DNA from: Porphyridium purpureum
Taxonomy: Eukaryota
Length of the DNA stretch: 64,000 nucleotides
Assembly: GCA_008690995.1 (NCBI GenBank)
Contig: VRMN01000004.1
Span: 186,001-250,000, forward strand
Reading direction: 5' to 3'
Shown here: positions 50,988-59,771 of the stretch, one piece after another
Layout: each line of letters begins with the position of its first letter
Position numbering within the stretch: the first letter of the stretch is position 1
The notes under the pieces: model-generated
What the model was told of the DNA's origin: nothing
Databases searched by the model: none
The model's input: the letters and a program-made list of their open reading frames with translations, nothing else
Position numbers and translations under genes: made by a program

Positions 50988-51626
50988 ATCAACCTCTATG
51001 TCCGTCGACTGCTTTTTGTGAAACGCATAGGTGCGTGGTAGGTCAAAACGTAGCTGGGCCAGCGCTTCTGCGCGGCAACCCCACTCTCTTGTCGCTTTCG
51101 CGATTAAAAAGTCGCGCGTAGAACTCTTGTGCAGCGAATACACCGCCACTCGGGCGATTCGAACGGCGGCGCGAAGGAAATCTACATCTGCGCCTTTCAC
51201 GCGCGTTCCAAACGGCGGGTTCATGATCACAATATCTGCCATGTTGTCGCGTAGCGGCAGATCAGCGCCAAGTATATCTGCTCTCATAAATTCGAGGACA
51301 TGTCCGTCGTCGCTCTCGTCATCTTCCCGGTCGCCAGCGATCCCCAGACGTTCAGCATTCTGACGCGCTAGCTTCAGGGCATCGGCGTCAATATCCACAC
51401 AAAGCACGCTAGCTGCCCCAAGAACGCAGCATGCGAGACCCAGAATCCCGCTGCCGGTGCCCAAGTCGACCACTGAACGCCCTTCCAGCCCTTCATACTT
51501 GGCGTCAATGGTGTGTGCCATGATGGCGGCAAGATGTGCCGAGGTCGAGTACTGCTCAAGCTGCACGTTGGGCGCCTCGAACGGCGCTACGGCGGTAAGC
51601 ACCGACTCAAGCTCACGGAGTTTCAT
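50916..51626 (-). CDS. METTL5: 18S rRNA N6-adenosine methyltransferase
   Basis: LEQYSTSAHLAA, VVDLGTGSGILG, MNPPFGT, VYSLHKSSTR, DLPRTYAFHKK, DIEVDL. Confidence 0.95.
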   Translation of the reverse strand: MKLRELESVLTAVAPFEAPNVQLEQYSTSAHLAAIMAHTIDAKYEGLEGRSVVDLGTGSGILGLACCVLGAASVLCVDIDADALKLARQNAERLGIAGDREDDESDDGHVLEFMRADILGADLPLRDNMADIVIMNPPFGTRVKGADVDFLRAAVRIARVAVYSLHKSSTRDFLIAKATREWGCRAEALAQLRFDLPRTYAFHKKQSTDIEVDLLRLDVSSKPRVLPLNGAAGTRR

Positions 51627-51873
51627 GGCCGCCTCAAGTCATTCGTGTTCAAACCCAAACTGAGAGTGACAAGCGAAAGTGGCTCGTCCCTTGTCAGCTC
51701 GACAAGGGCGCACAAGTTTGAGTTCACGGATCACCGCCAGGTTTAATTATCAAATTCATGATTACGATTCTGGTGTGCGGATCCTTCAATGCGCATGTGG
51801 GCGCCTTTCTCTTGGCAGGTAAGCACTTGTATCCATCTGACGCTGTTGATCGCTGCAAATTACACACGTTCAT

Positions 51874-54078
51874 TTACAGCACCTTTCGCAACTTGACGAT
51901 TGAGCGAAGGAACGCCTTTGCCGTGAGCGACAGCTTGGTCTTGTTATAGGCGTCGCCGCAAGCACGCAGCGATTCGGCATACGTTGGGTATGGATGGATG
52001 ACTGAAGCAAGAGTGCCGAGTCCAATTTTTTGCTGTATACACAGCGTAGCTTCGGCAATGATGCTAGAAGCGGCGGGGCCCACTGCAGTGACGCCAAGGA
52101 TTTCGTCCGACCCTTGCTTGCACAAGACGCGTACAAAACCCTTTCGCGCATCGTCACACATGGCGCGATCGTTTGACGCAAAGGGCTTTTCGTATGCATC
52201 ATAGGGAACATCACGCGCTTCCAGCTCAGCACGCGTTGCGCCCACGGTAGCAAGCTCGGGTTCCGTGTAAACGCAGCGCGGTATAATCAGAGATTCCTGC
52301 GTCTCACTGCCAAAGAACAAGGCATTGCGGATCACAGCACGCGCTGAAAAGTCTGCCGAGTGCGTAAAGTTAAACGGGAATGATGAAATATCGCCAACTG
52401 CGTACACTTGCGCATTGCTGCTCTGGAAAAGTTCGTTGACTTGAACGCCACTTTTCTCGTTGAACTCAATGCCAGCTCGAGCAAGCTCGAGCCCTTGCAC
52501 ATTCGGAACAGAGCCTGTGGCTACGAGAAGCGCGTCAAACTCAAACGATGCCGCGCCAGCATCGGAACGGTCTTTGCTTTTGCGACGCGACACCTCCATG
52601 CGTCCCCGCATGTACCCAGGGACATTGCTAGGCTCGCCCGGCACAACATCAACTTTCAGGTATTTTTCAACGTCAAGCACTGAATTGACGCCCGACTGAC
52701 GCAGCTCTTCAAGGACGCACTCGCTTGCATCGAGGTCCTCGTTTTTCAGGATCCGCTCGTTTCTCCCGAAGAGTGTCACATCACTTCCCAGGCACGCAAA
52801 CGCGTACGCGAGTTCAATACCGACCGGCCCATCTCCCATCACAGCCAGCCGCTGCGGCAGTACGGAGAGATTGAACACAGTCTTATGGGTCATACCCAGG
52901 AAGTGCGTGCCTGCATCTGGAGCCGTCGGGCCGCGGTCGACGTTGTCAGCCAAACCAGGAATATTTGGTACGCGTGCCTTGCCTCCCGCCGCCACGACAC
53001 AGCGCGTGAACTGGAGCGTACGCCTTGTGCCGTCTTCGCCCTTGAGGAGCAAGCTGTCCTTGCCGTTGAATGATGCACGCGCGCGAAAAACATCGACGCC
53101 CAGTTTGTTCGCAAAGCGCGCTGCCGAGTCGACCTCTGCAATTTCTGCGCGCACGGTGCGCAGCCTCTGCATGACCTGTGCAAAGTCAATGCGGAGCTCA
53201 CCGTCTAGATATATTCCATTTCGAGCGGCGTTGCGCTGCAATTCACGCACCGTTTTGACCTGCTTTGCAGAGTGCAGGAGGCTCTTGGACGGCACACAGC
53301 CAACATTGAGACAGTCGCCGCCAAGTAAGCCGGCTTCGATCAGCGCCACACGCGCACCAATACCCGCCGCTGATGCGGCCGTGACCAGCCCGCCGGCACC
53401 TGCTCCAATGACGACCAGATCGTACACGTCAGCCGTACGCGGGTTTCTCCAGTTCGCCGGGAAAACCTTTTGCAACAAGTCACTGTTCGCCTCATCTGCA
53501 GGCCACAGTTTGAGCTCTTCGGGAAAAGAGCCATTTGACCAGCGCGCACCTTCGTTTACCTGTCCACCATGCGCCGTCTGCGCGTCTAGCGTGAAACGAT
53601 AAAAGTACTCCATATTCTCAAAGCCGTGGTCTCGCAAGACATGCTCAATCAAGCCAGCGTCAACGAGCTTCTGCCCAAGTGCGAGCGCCTCTCGATCGTT
53701 TTTCGCGTGTCCACTGGCAACCAGCCAGGCACAAGCTTCGGTGCCGAGGAAACAGTCTGGAAACACGCGCAATAAATACCTCCGATCTTTCACATCCACC
53801 TGCTTGCTCATTTCCTCAGCAAGCTCCCGCAATCTTGCGCGCTGCGCCAGGTCCGACGAGCCACTCCCCACCATGTCCAATTGTCCAGGCAGACGCCTTG
53901 CCCGACCAGCCGCACGTGGACGCCGAGCCAGACCATCCTGACGCCGTTCTGCGCTGCTCCTCACCAAGCCCGCGCGGCTCTCCCGCCTGACGACATGACC
54001 GCACACGCGGACCTCGCCCGCGGCACGCACAGGCGCACGCGGTTCTGCCGCACTCACCACAAATCCTGCACGACGCAT
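51874..54078 (-). CDS. DEP domain fused to a pyridine nucleotide-disulfide oxidoreductase (MerA/DLD-like), probable plastid transit peptide
   Basis: ATG at 54078 (MRRAGFVVS). DEP: VKDRRYLLRVFPDCFLGTEACAWL...EALALGQKLVDAGLIEHV...FYRF. Reductase: YDLVVIGAGAGG, GGDCLNVGCVPSK, GDGPVGIE, VYAVGD, IHPYPTYAE. Confidence 0.9.
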   Translation of the reverse strand: MRRAGFVVSAAEPRAPVRAAGEVRVCGHVVRRESRAGLVRSSAERRQDGLARRPRAAGRARRLPGQLDMVGSGSSDLAQRARLRELAEEMSKQVDVKDRRYLLRVFPDCFLGTEACAWLVASGHAKNDREALALGQKLVDAGLIEHVLRDHGFENMEYFYRFTLDAQTAHGGQVNEGARWSNGSFPEELKLWPADEANSDLLQKVFPANWRNPRTADVYDLVVIGAGAGGLVTAASAAGIGARVALIEAGLLGGDCLNVGCVPSKSLLHSAKQVKTVRELQRNAARNGIYLDGELRIDFAQVMQRLRTVRAEIAEVDSAARFANKLGVDVFRARASFNGKDSLLLKGEDGTRRTLQFTRCVVAAGGKARVPNIPGLADNVDRGPTAPDAGTHFLGMTHKTVFNLSVLPQRLAVMGDGPVGIELAYAFACLGSDVTLFGRNERILKNEDLDASECVLEELRQSGVNSVLDVEKYLKVDVVPGEPSNVPGYMRGRMEVSRRKSKDRSDAGAASFEFDALLVATGSVPNVQGLELARAGIEFNEKSGVQVNELFQSSNAQVYAVGDISSFPFNFTHSADFSARAVIRNALFFGSETQESLIIPRCVYTEPELATVGATRAELEARDVPYDAYEKPFASNDRAMCDDARKGFVRVLCKQGSDEILGVTAVGPAASSIIAEATLCIQQKIGLGTLASVIHPYPTYAESLRACGDAYNKTKLSLTAKAFLRSIVKLRKVL

Positions 54079-54472
54079 CTCCACACACACCCCATCCTCG
54101 CACCGCAACTCCCACTCTCCATCCTTTCCCGCGCTCGCGACTTTTGTTCGCTCCAGCTGAAAGCACAAGTTCAGCTGACGAGGTACAGTGTTTAGTTAGA
54201 ATGAGGGTTGGTTGGTTAGATTCAGGGTTCTTCTCGGCTTGCGGATCAGCGGCGCGACTGACGGGGGTACAGTCAGGGTCACCGGCGGTGTGACCTACTA
54301 TAGAAATGAGAAATTTGGGGGGTTTTACATAGAAAGCTGAGTGGGTCTGAAGAGCAAGGGGAAGGAGACGGTGAGGGGGAGAAGAAGTGGGTGAGGTAGA
54401 CCGAGGGAGGGAGGGAAAGAAGAAGCGGGGTGTGGGGCGAGGTGTGGGGTTGGGGGTTTGTGTGCAGGCGCG

Positions 54473-54913
54473 ATGGAGAAGAAGTATGCAGGGTGCACGG
54501 TGAAGGATGTTGCCGCGGCGGAGTTTATTGCGGTGTACGCCGCGCATTTGAAAAAGGTGGGAGCGATCGAGGTGCCCAAGTACGTGGACTATGTGAAGAC
54601 GTCGCCAAGAAAGGAGCTCGCGCCGTACGATCAGGACTGGTACTACGTGCGCGTCGCGTCGCTGGCGAGACGCGTGTACTGCAGGGGAGGAACGGGCGTG
54701 GGCTCGTTCGCCAAGGTGTACGGAGGGACCAAGAACAACGGCACGCGCCCGAGCCATTTCAAGAAGGCGTCGCGCTCTATCATTCGCCACGCGCTGCAGC
54801 AGCTGGAAAAGGTCGGCGTCATTGAAAAAGACCCGCACGGCGGCCGAAGGCTCACACGAAAGGGACAGGCCGAAATGGATACACAAGCTGCCACGCTGCT
54901 CGAAACCAACTAG
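54473..54913 (+). CDS. RPS19: 40S ribosomal protein eS19
   Basis: TVKDV, KELAPYDQDWYYVRVASLARRVY, RPSHF, GGRRLTRKGQ. Confidence 0.97.
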   Translation: MEKKYAGCTVKDVAAAEFIAVYAAHLKKVGAIEVPKYVDYVKTSPRKELAPYDQDWYYVRVASLARRVYCRGGTGVGSFAKVYGGTKNNGTRPSHFKKASRSIIRHALQQLEKVGVIEKDPHGGRRLTRKGQAEMDTQAATLLETN

Positions 54914-55111
54914 ATCCCGTGCGTGTGTGCATTCATGCTCCGGGCGCCTGTGTTCGTGGCATGGATTTGTAAAATGCGCCTTGGACAAACAATAAAAGTG
55001 AAAAATCGCAACTTTGTGCCTTCATTCCCCAGCACGATCGGCGGGTGCCGACCGAGCTACATTCGAAAATCGCTTTTGCCATCAGAGGTGGTAAAGGAAG
55101 GAAGACACAAA

Positions 55112-56452
55112 ATGGTTGTGCACGCGCCGCTCACCATGGCAGAAGTCGACGCGTGCGACGTATACCAGGTTGGAGGCGCGAATAGTGACACCTTTTACGT
55201 CTACGACTTGGACACGATTCGGAGGTTGCACTTTACGCACCGTGTGATTGGCGCGTTTGTCGGCACGTTGAGCGTCCATCATGCGCAGAATCAGACCCTC
55301 GGCGTGCCGCTATGTCTGAGCCCTGAGGAGGTCATGCTTGGACTGTACCACGGCTTTATCCGACTCTGGTGTGACGCCGAGCAAGACTACTTTGGCGGCT
55401 CGCAGCAGCTTGTAGAGGACCCGCGTCCTCGGGAAGAGGCATTCAGTCACCGGCTCGAATGCGAGTTTGCTGCGTATGCGGCGCAAAAAGAAAAAGAAGC
55501 CGCGGAAGCGCGCGAGCGGCATCTCACCAAGGCCGCAGCCAAGGCTCGCAATCGCGGCAAACGCAAGCGCGATTCAGACCGGGAGGACGACGACGAGTCC
55601 CACGGTAGCGCGCTCGACGAAGACACGCCTCAGCCAAGTGAGCTTGAGCGGATGCTTGTGGATCCGCATATCGCCAAGTCTCGCAAGCGACAAAGAACAA
55701 AGGAGCAGCACTGGCTGGTGCGCGACATCGGTATAGTCGCGTTGTGGATTCGCCGAGCAGCGACGGAGATGGCTACGCCGTTGCGGCGGAAAGAGAGATC
55801 GATTGGAGAGGACTACTTATTGGCGGACGACGCGGATCTTCCGGCGGGCAGTGAAGATGACGTGACGGCACCTGCGCCCGGAGCAATCAATCCGGCGGAA
55901 GGATCAGAAGATGAGGACGTCGACAACAAACGATCATTCAGGTCCTTGAGAGTGAGGATCACGGCGCCCATTACGCTGCCGTGCGCTGCGTACGATCTGG
56001 AAGTGCCAGACTCGCTTCGCCGTGTTCAACTGGGCTTCGAGGATCTTGTCTGGCGTTACGCGACAACAAGCGAAGACACGCAACAGTATTTGCATCGTTT
56101 CGCCGCCATGAGCGACTTGTGGCAACGAGGATTCTTTCTGGGAGATGGCACGAAATTTGGCGCACACATCATGGCGTACCCTGGTGATCCAGTCGGCTAT
56201 CATGCCTCACTCATCGTGTCAGTGATTCCCGTCGCACCACCTGCTGTGCCTATGCTCGAACTCATCGCTACCGGGAGACTGGGCTCAGCAACGAAGAAGC
56301 TCGCTTCATATGCCTTCCTACCCGATGTTCCGGAGCGCGGGAAAATGACTGCCGCACGCTACAGCAAGCTGCTGGCCGGTCGCTTTGACAAGAACAAGCC
56401 TCTACCGTCGGTGTGCTTCTTGGGAATCGTCTGGCACAAGTCACTTCCGTAG
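55112..56452 (+). CDS. TSEN34: tRNA-splicing endonuclease catalytic subunit Sen34
   Basis: GVPLCLSPEEV, DLWQRGFFLGDGTKFG, YPGDPVGYHA, GRLGSATKK (Y-H-K triad positions). Start at ATG 55112 is inferred. Confidence 0.9.
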   Translation: MVVHAPLTMAEVDACDVYQVGGANSDTFYVYDLDTIRRLHFTHRVIGAFVGTLSVHHAQNQTLGVPLCLSPEEVMLGLYHGFIRLWCDAEQDYFGGSQQLVEDPRPREEAFSHRLECEFAAYAAQKEKEAAEARERHLTKAAAKARNRGKRKRDSDREDDDESHGSALDEDTPQPSELERMLVDPHIAKSRKRQRTKEQHWLVRDIGIVALWIRRAATEMATPLRRKERSIGEDYLLADDADLPAGSEDDVTAPAPGAINPAEGSEDEDVDNKRSFRSLRVRITAPITLPCAAYDLEVPDSLRRVQLGFEDLVWRYATTSEDTQQYLHRFAAMSDLWQRGFFLGDGTKFGAHIMAYPGDPVGYHASLIVSVIPVAPPAVPMLELIATGRLGSATKKLASYAFLPDVPERGKMTAARYSKLLAGRFDKNKPLPSVCFLGIVWHKSLP

Positions 56453-56584
56453 AGGAACATAGGGTCCAAAGCTCATGCTCCGGCCGAGGAGCATTTCTGC
56501 TCTTTGGACATGTACACTATCAAAGTCCGTCAAGACATACGGCACTTATTGGTCCAGCGCACGGGTACAAAAGAACCTTTACTG

Positions 56585-58399
56585 TTACGAGCTGGAGGGC
56601 AGAATCACTGGAGTCGTTCGCTTCACAAACGCAAATTTGGAGATTGGATAAAATTCTTCTCGGACCCAAAGACCACGATCATTCCAAACAATTTCATTCC
56701 ATGACAACGTGTCCTCGAGCACCTCAATATCATCGTCTTCAGTGAGTGGAATGTGCTTCGGAAAGGCTATGCCACCAGTCCGTGCGAGCGCGAGAGCTTT
56801 GGCCTTACTTCCAGCGACCGATTCTATCTGCTCCTTCAGCTCCACTTGCGACGCAAACATGCTTTGCTTTGACGCATTTGGGACGCACACAAATCTGTAT
56901 GTGAACGGTGGCTGCGTGCGCACGGAGCGGCGCGCTTTCTTCTTCGCCTTGTGCGTATCTTCGGCTTCATCAGCTGCCGATGTCTGATCTCGGGTTGACT
57001 CATTTGTGCCCGCTGCGTCCAGCGTTGCGCCAAACGCTTCCTGGCTGAGCTCAAATCGTGAGCTCAGGCTTTCTAATGTCAAAACTTCAGAGATCAACCG
57101 CTTTGAGAGCCGATGCGAAGGGTCCTTCCCGCACTCGGTGATCGCAGCAACCGAGTAGACCAGGCAGGGCTCATTGGACAAGCTGAACATGACCGTCAGT
57201 CGCGGCAATAAAACGCGCGATTCAGAGGGCGCCTTCAATGTGGCTGCGTTGGCGGGGGCAGTTCTCTTCACAGGCGTGCTGCGGCCGGCCGCCGCCGTCG
57301 CGGAGGAACCTCCGGCGGTCTTGCTGCCGGCCTTGTCACTTCCAACAGCGGTTGTACCTTTTAATCGCTTTGCCTCGGTAAGCAAAGCCGATGCCATTTT
57401 CGCGCACGACTCTGCCACGACTGGTCCGAGCACGGGCGCGATTTCGTCCAGCCCGACCAGTTTGTTGAGTCGCTCCTCGCGCACGGACGGAGTAGGTGAA
57501 GCCCAGGGCGCTGGAACGCGCGTAACTGTGTATGCTTCATCGATGGCAATCTCGAGCCCGCCGTACTGTGCGCACCAGCTGCGCGACCTCAATCCGTTGC
57601 GTTCGCTTGCCGAAAATGGTTTCGAAGTGTCATGCTTTCTCACAAGCAGCTTGACACAGATCTCACTTGCCATGCTTGGCGCAGGCGCATACGCACCAAT
57701 GCGCAAATAGCCACCGTGCTGCAGCATACATACCAGATCCGAGTCATCTGTGTAGATACCGGATCCCCATATCTGCCTTGCGCGGAAGGCGCGATTCTCT
57801 ACGGACAATTCCTCGCGTGGAATGCGCACCTCCACCACAACAGCCGCTCCGCCGCTCTGTAGCGCCTTTTCCTTGATGAAGTGCGGAAGCTCTGCGCACG
57901 GCGCATACAAGAGCCGCTGAGGTACGACCTCTGGACTCCTTGCTGCTTCGCCACTCGCCGCTGCTGCTGTGGCACCCGGTTTCGAAGCCTGTCCAAGATA
58001 CTTGAGTGGGGCAAGATTAACTGCTTTCGGTATCGGATACACGGCCATCATAAGCGGAGGCTTCCCCGGTCCTACTTCAGCCGTTCCTGACCCAGCGGTT
58101 CCGTTTGCCGGCAACCCTCCGCCCTTATTCTTTGACGCTGTAGCGCGCACCTTTGTCTCCTGCGGCCCTCCAATCTCTGTTCTCACCGCCGGCGCCTCGG
58201 CCGGCCCTTTTTGCCGCGCATCGACCGCACCGTCCCCTTTGGTCTCGACGATACTGGTCGCTCGTTCTGCGTGCGCATCCACCAGCCCAGACCCTCCTGC
58301 AACACCGACCTTTGCTCCTGCGACCGGCTCTTTCGCAACAGCCGCTTCTCCACCGGCCGGCGCCGTCTCCGGGGCAGCCGCATCCTTACCTTCCTCCAT
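56585..58399 (-). CDS. RXT3/HDC1-like histone deacetylase complex component
   Basis: RQIWGSGIYTDDSDLVCMLQHGGY, RNGLRSRSW, FSLSNEPCLVYS, LSWNEIVW. Confidence 0.85.
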   Translation of the reverse strand: MEEGKDAAAPETAPAGGEAAVAKEPVAGAKVGVAGGSGLVDAHAERATSIVETKGDGAVDARQKGPAEAPAVRTEIGGPQETKVRATASKNKGGGLPANGTAGSGTAEVGPGKPPLMMAVYPIPKAVNLAPLKYLGQASKPGATAAAASGEAARSPEVVPQRLLYAPCAELPHFIKEKALQSGGAAVVVEVRIPREELSVENRAFRARQIWGSGIYTDDSDLVCMLQHGGYLRIGAYAPAPSMASEICVKLLVRKHDTSKPFSASERNGLRSRSWCAQYGGLEIAIDEAYTVTRVPAPWASPTPSVREERLNKLVGLDEIAPVLGPVVAESCAKMASALLTEAKRLKGTTAVGSDKAGSKTAGGSSATAAAGRSTPVKRTAPANAATLKAPSESRVLLPRLTVMFSLSNEPCLVYSVAAITECGKDPSHRLSKRLISEVLTLESLSSRFELSQEAFGATLDAAGTNESTRDQTSAADEAEDTHKAKKKARRSVRTQPPFTYRFVCVPNASKQSMFASQVELKEQIESVAGSKAKALALARTGGIAFPKHIPLTEDDDIEVLEDTLSWNEIVWNDRGLWVREEFYPISKFAFVKRTTPVILPSSS

Positions 58400-58520
58400 A
58401 TCCACCACCAACGTCTACCATCCCCGTCTCCATCCACATCCACATCCACCTTCCCCACGCAAACACTTGTTGCCCAAGCTCCTCCTCTTCCGCCTTTCAA
58501 TCTTTCAAATCGGCGCACCA

Positions 58521-58560
58521 AACCGATAAACCGATAAACCAACAATCCGACAAGCCGACA
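58521..58560. repeat. 8-bp-period array in the RXT3/UEV1 divergent region
   Basis: aaccgata aaccgata aaccaaca atccgaca agccgaca. Confidence 0.75.
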
Positions 58561-58767
58561 AGGAGCCGAGCTGATGAACTGATAACGCCGGGAGAGAGAA
58601 ACCGTTGGAACCGAATCCGGAATAGCCACGTGGGCTGTGTGTGTATTAGTGTGTGCAAGGGAGAACGGGGGTGGGAAACAGTGGGGGAGAGAATTGGGTC
58701 TTTGGATTGTGCAGAGGGTAGGCGTGTGGGTGCCGCTGAGGGTTGAGAGACGGTGCATATAGACACG

Positions 58768-59587
58768 ATGAGTACTCAAGTAGGTATGTGTGAGTTCGCT
58801 TGATGGGTCGGGTTGGTTGGTGGGGTGGTGGGGGCGCTTGGCTAAGGCCGAATGGTTGCTGGGTGATGTGGAGTGCAGCACTGACTCTGGGTATATCTCT
58901 GTTTGTGCAAATGTGTGTTGTGTGGCGTCTGTTTGGGTGTATGTACGTACGCGGTGATTTTCTCGTGCGGGTCTTGTGTGGCGAACGTCGCGAGAGCGTG
59001 GTTTTTTTGGGGATGGCGCGTGTGATGTCACAGTCGTGCCGAGGAACTTTCGCCTGCTGGAGGAGCTGGACCGTGGAGAGCATGGGATCGGCGACGGAAG
59101 TGTGAGCTATGGCCTGGAGGATGCCGATGATATCACGCTGACCCGCTGGAATGGCACTATTTTGGGCCCGATGAATGTACGTGGCACGCCTTTTTCATTT
59201 TCGTACGAGTTGGATTCCGTCGAGACGTTCCAGAACAGTACTAACCATCGTTCACCTTTTTGCGTAATGTGGGTATCTTGTTATTGTTTCCGTGCGGTTC
59301 TCTTTTTCCAGACTGCATTTGAGAACCGAATCTACCAGCTCAGCGTCGTTTGCGGAGACAAGTACCCGAGCGTGCCACCGACCGTACGCTTTTTGACACG
59401 CATCAACTTGTCTGGTGTTAACAAGCAGAATGGGCTGGTCGAACCCAGCAAGTTCCACACGCTCAAGAACTGGAAGCGTGAATACCGCATTGAGACCGTG
59501 CTCAGTGACCTGCGGCGCGAGATGCTTTCGTCCACAAACAGGCGGAATATGCAGCCGCCAGAGGGAGTAATGTTCTCAAACTCGTGA
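58768..59587 (+). CDS. UEV1: Ubiquitin-conjugating enzyme variant UEV1/MMS2; exons 58768-58783, 59034-59176, 59312-59587
   Basis: Spliced product reads [33 protein letters not shown]...[20 protein letters not shown]...QPPEG. Confidence 0.92.
58784..59033 (+). other. Spliceosomal intron 1 of UEV1 (250 nt, phase 1)
   Basis: GTATGT donor and CACAG acceptor, GT-rich body. Joins ATG 58768 in frame to VPRNF. Confidence 0.75.
59177..59311 (+). other. Spliceosomal intron 2 of UEV1 (135 nt, phase 0)
   Basis: GTACGT donor, TACTAAC at 59239-59245, TTTTTCCAG acceptor. Removal restores [12 protein letters not shown]. Confidence 0.9.
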
Positions 59588-59771
59588 GTGTACGGCGAGA
59601 TTTTGAATTGGCACACTGAGCAATGGCTGATGCGCGGCATTTGAGGATCGCTTGAAACATTGAGTAGGCGGTTTGACGTTTCTGAAAGCAAAGAAGAACG
59701 ACCGAGGGAAGGATAAGATGGGAAAGAAAAGAAAAAGTTCAAAATGCGTATCGAAAGCGAAGAATGAGATT

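Noticed and set aside
51874..53450. Calling the reductase a true mercuric reductase (merA)
   Set aside because: No C-terminal Cys-Cys pair and no metal-binding N-domain.
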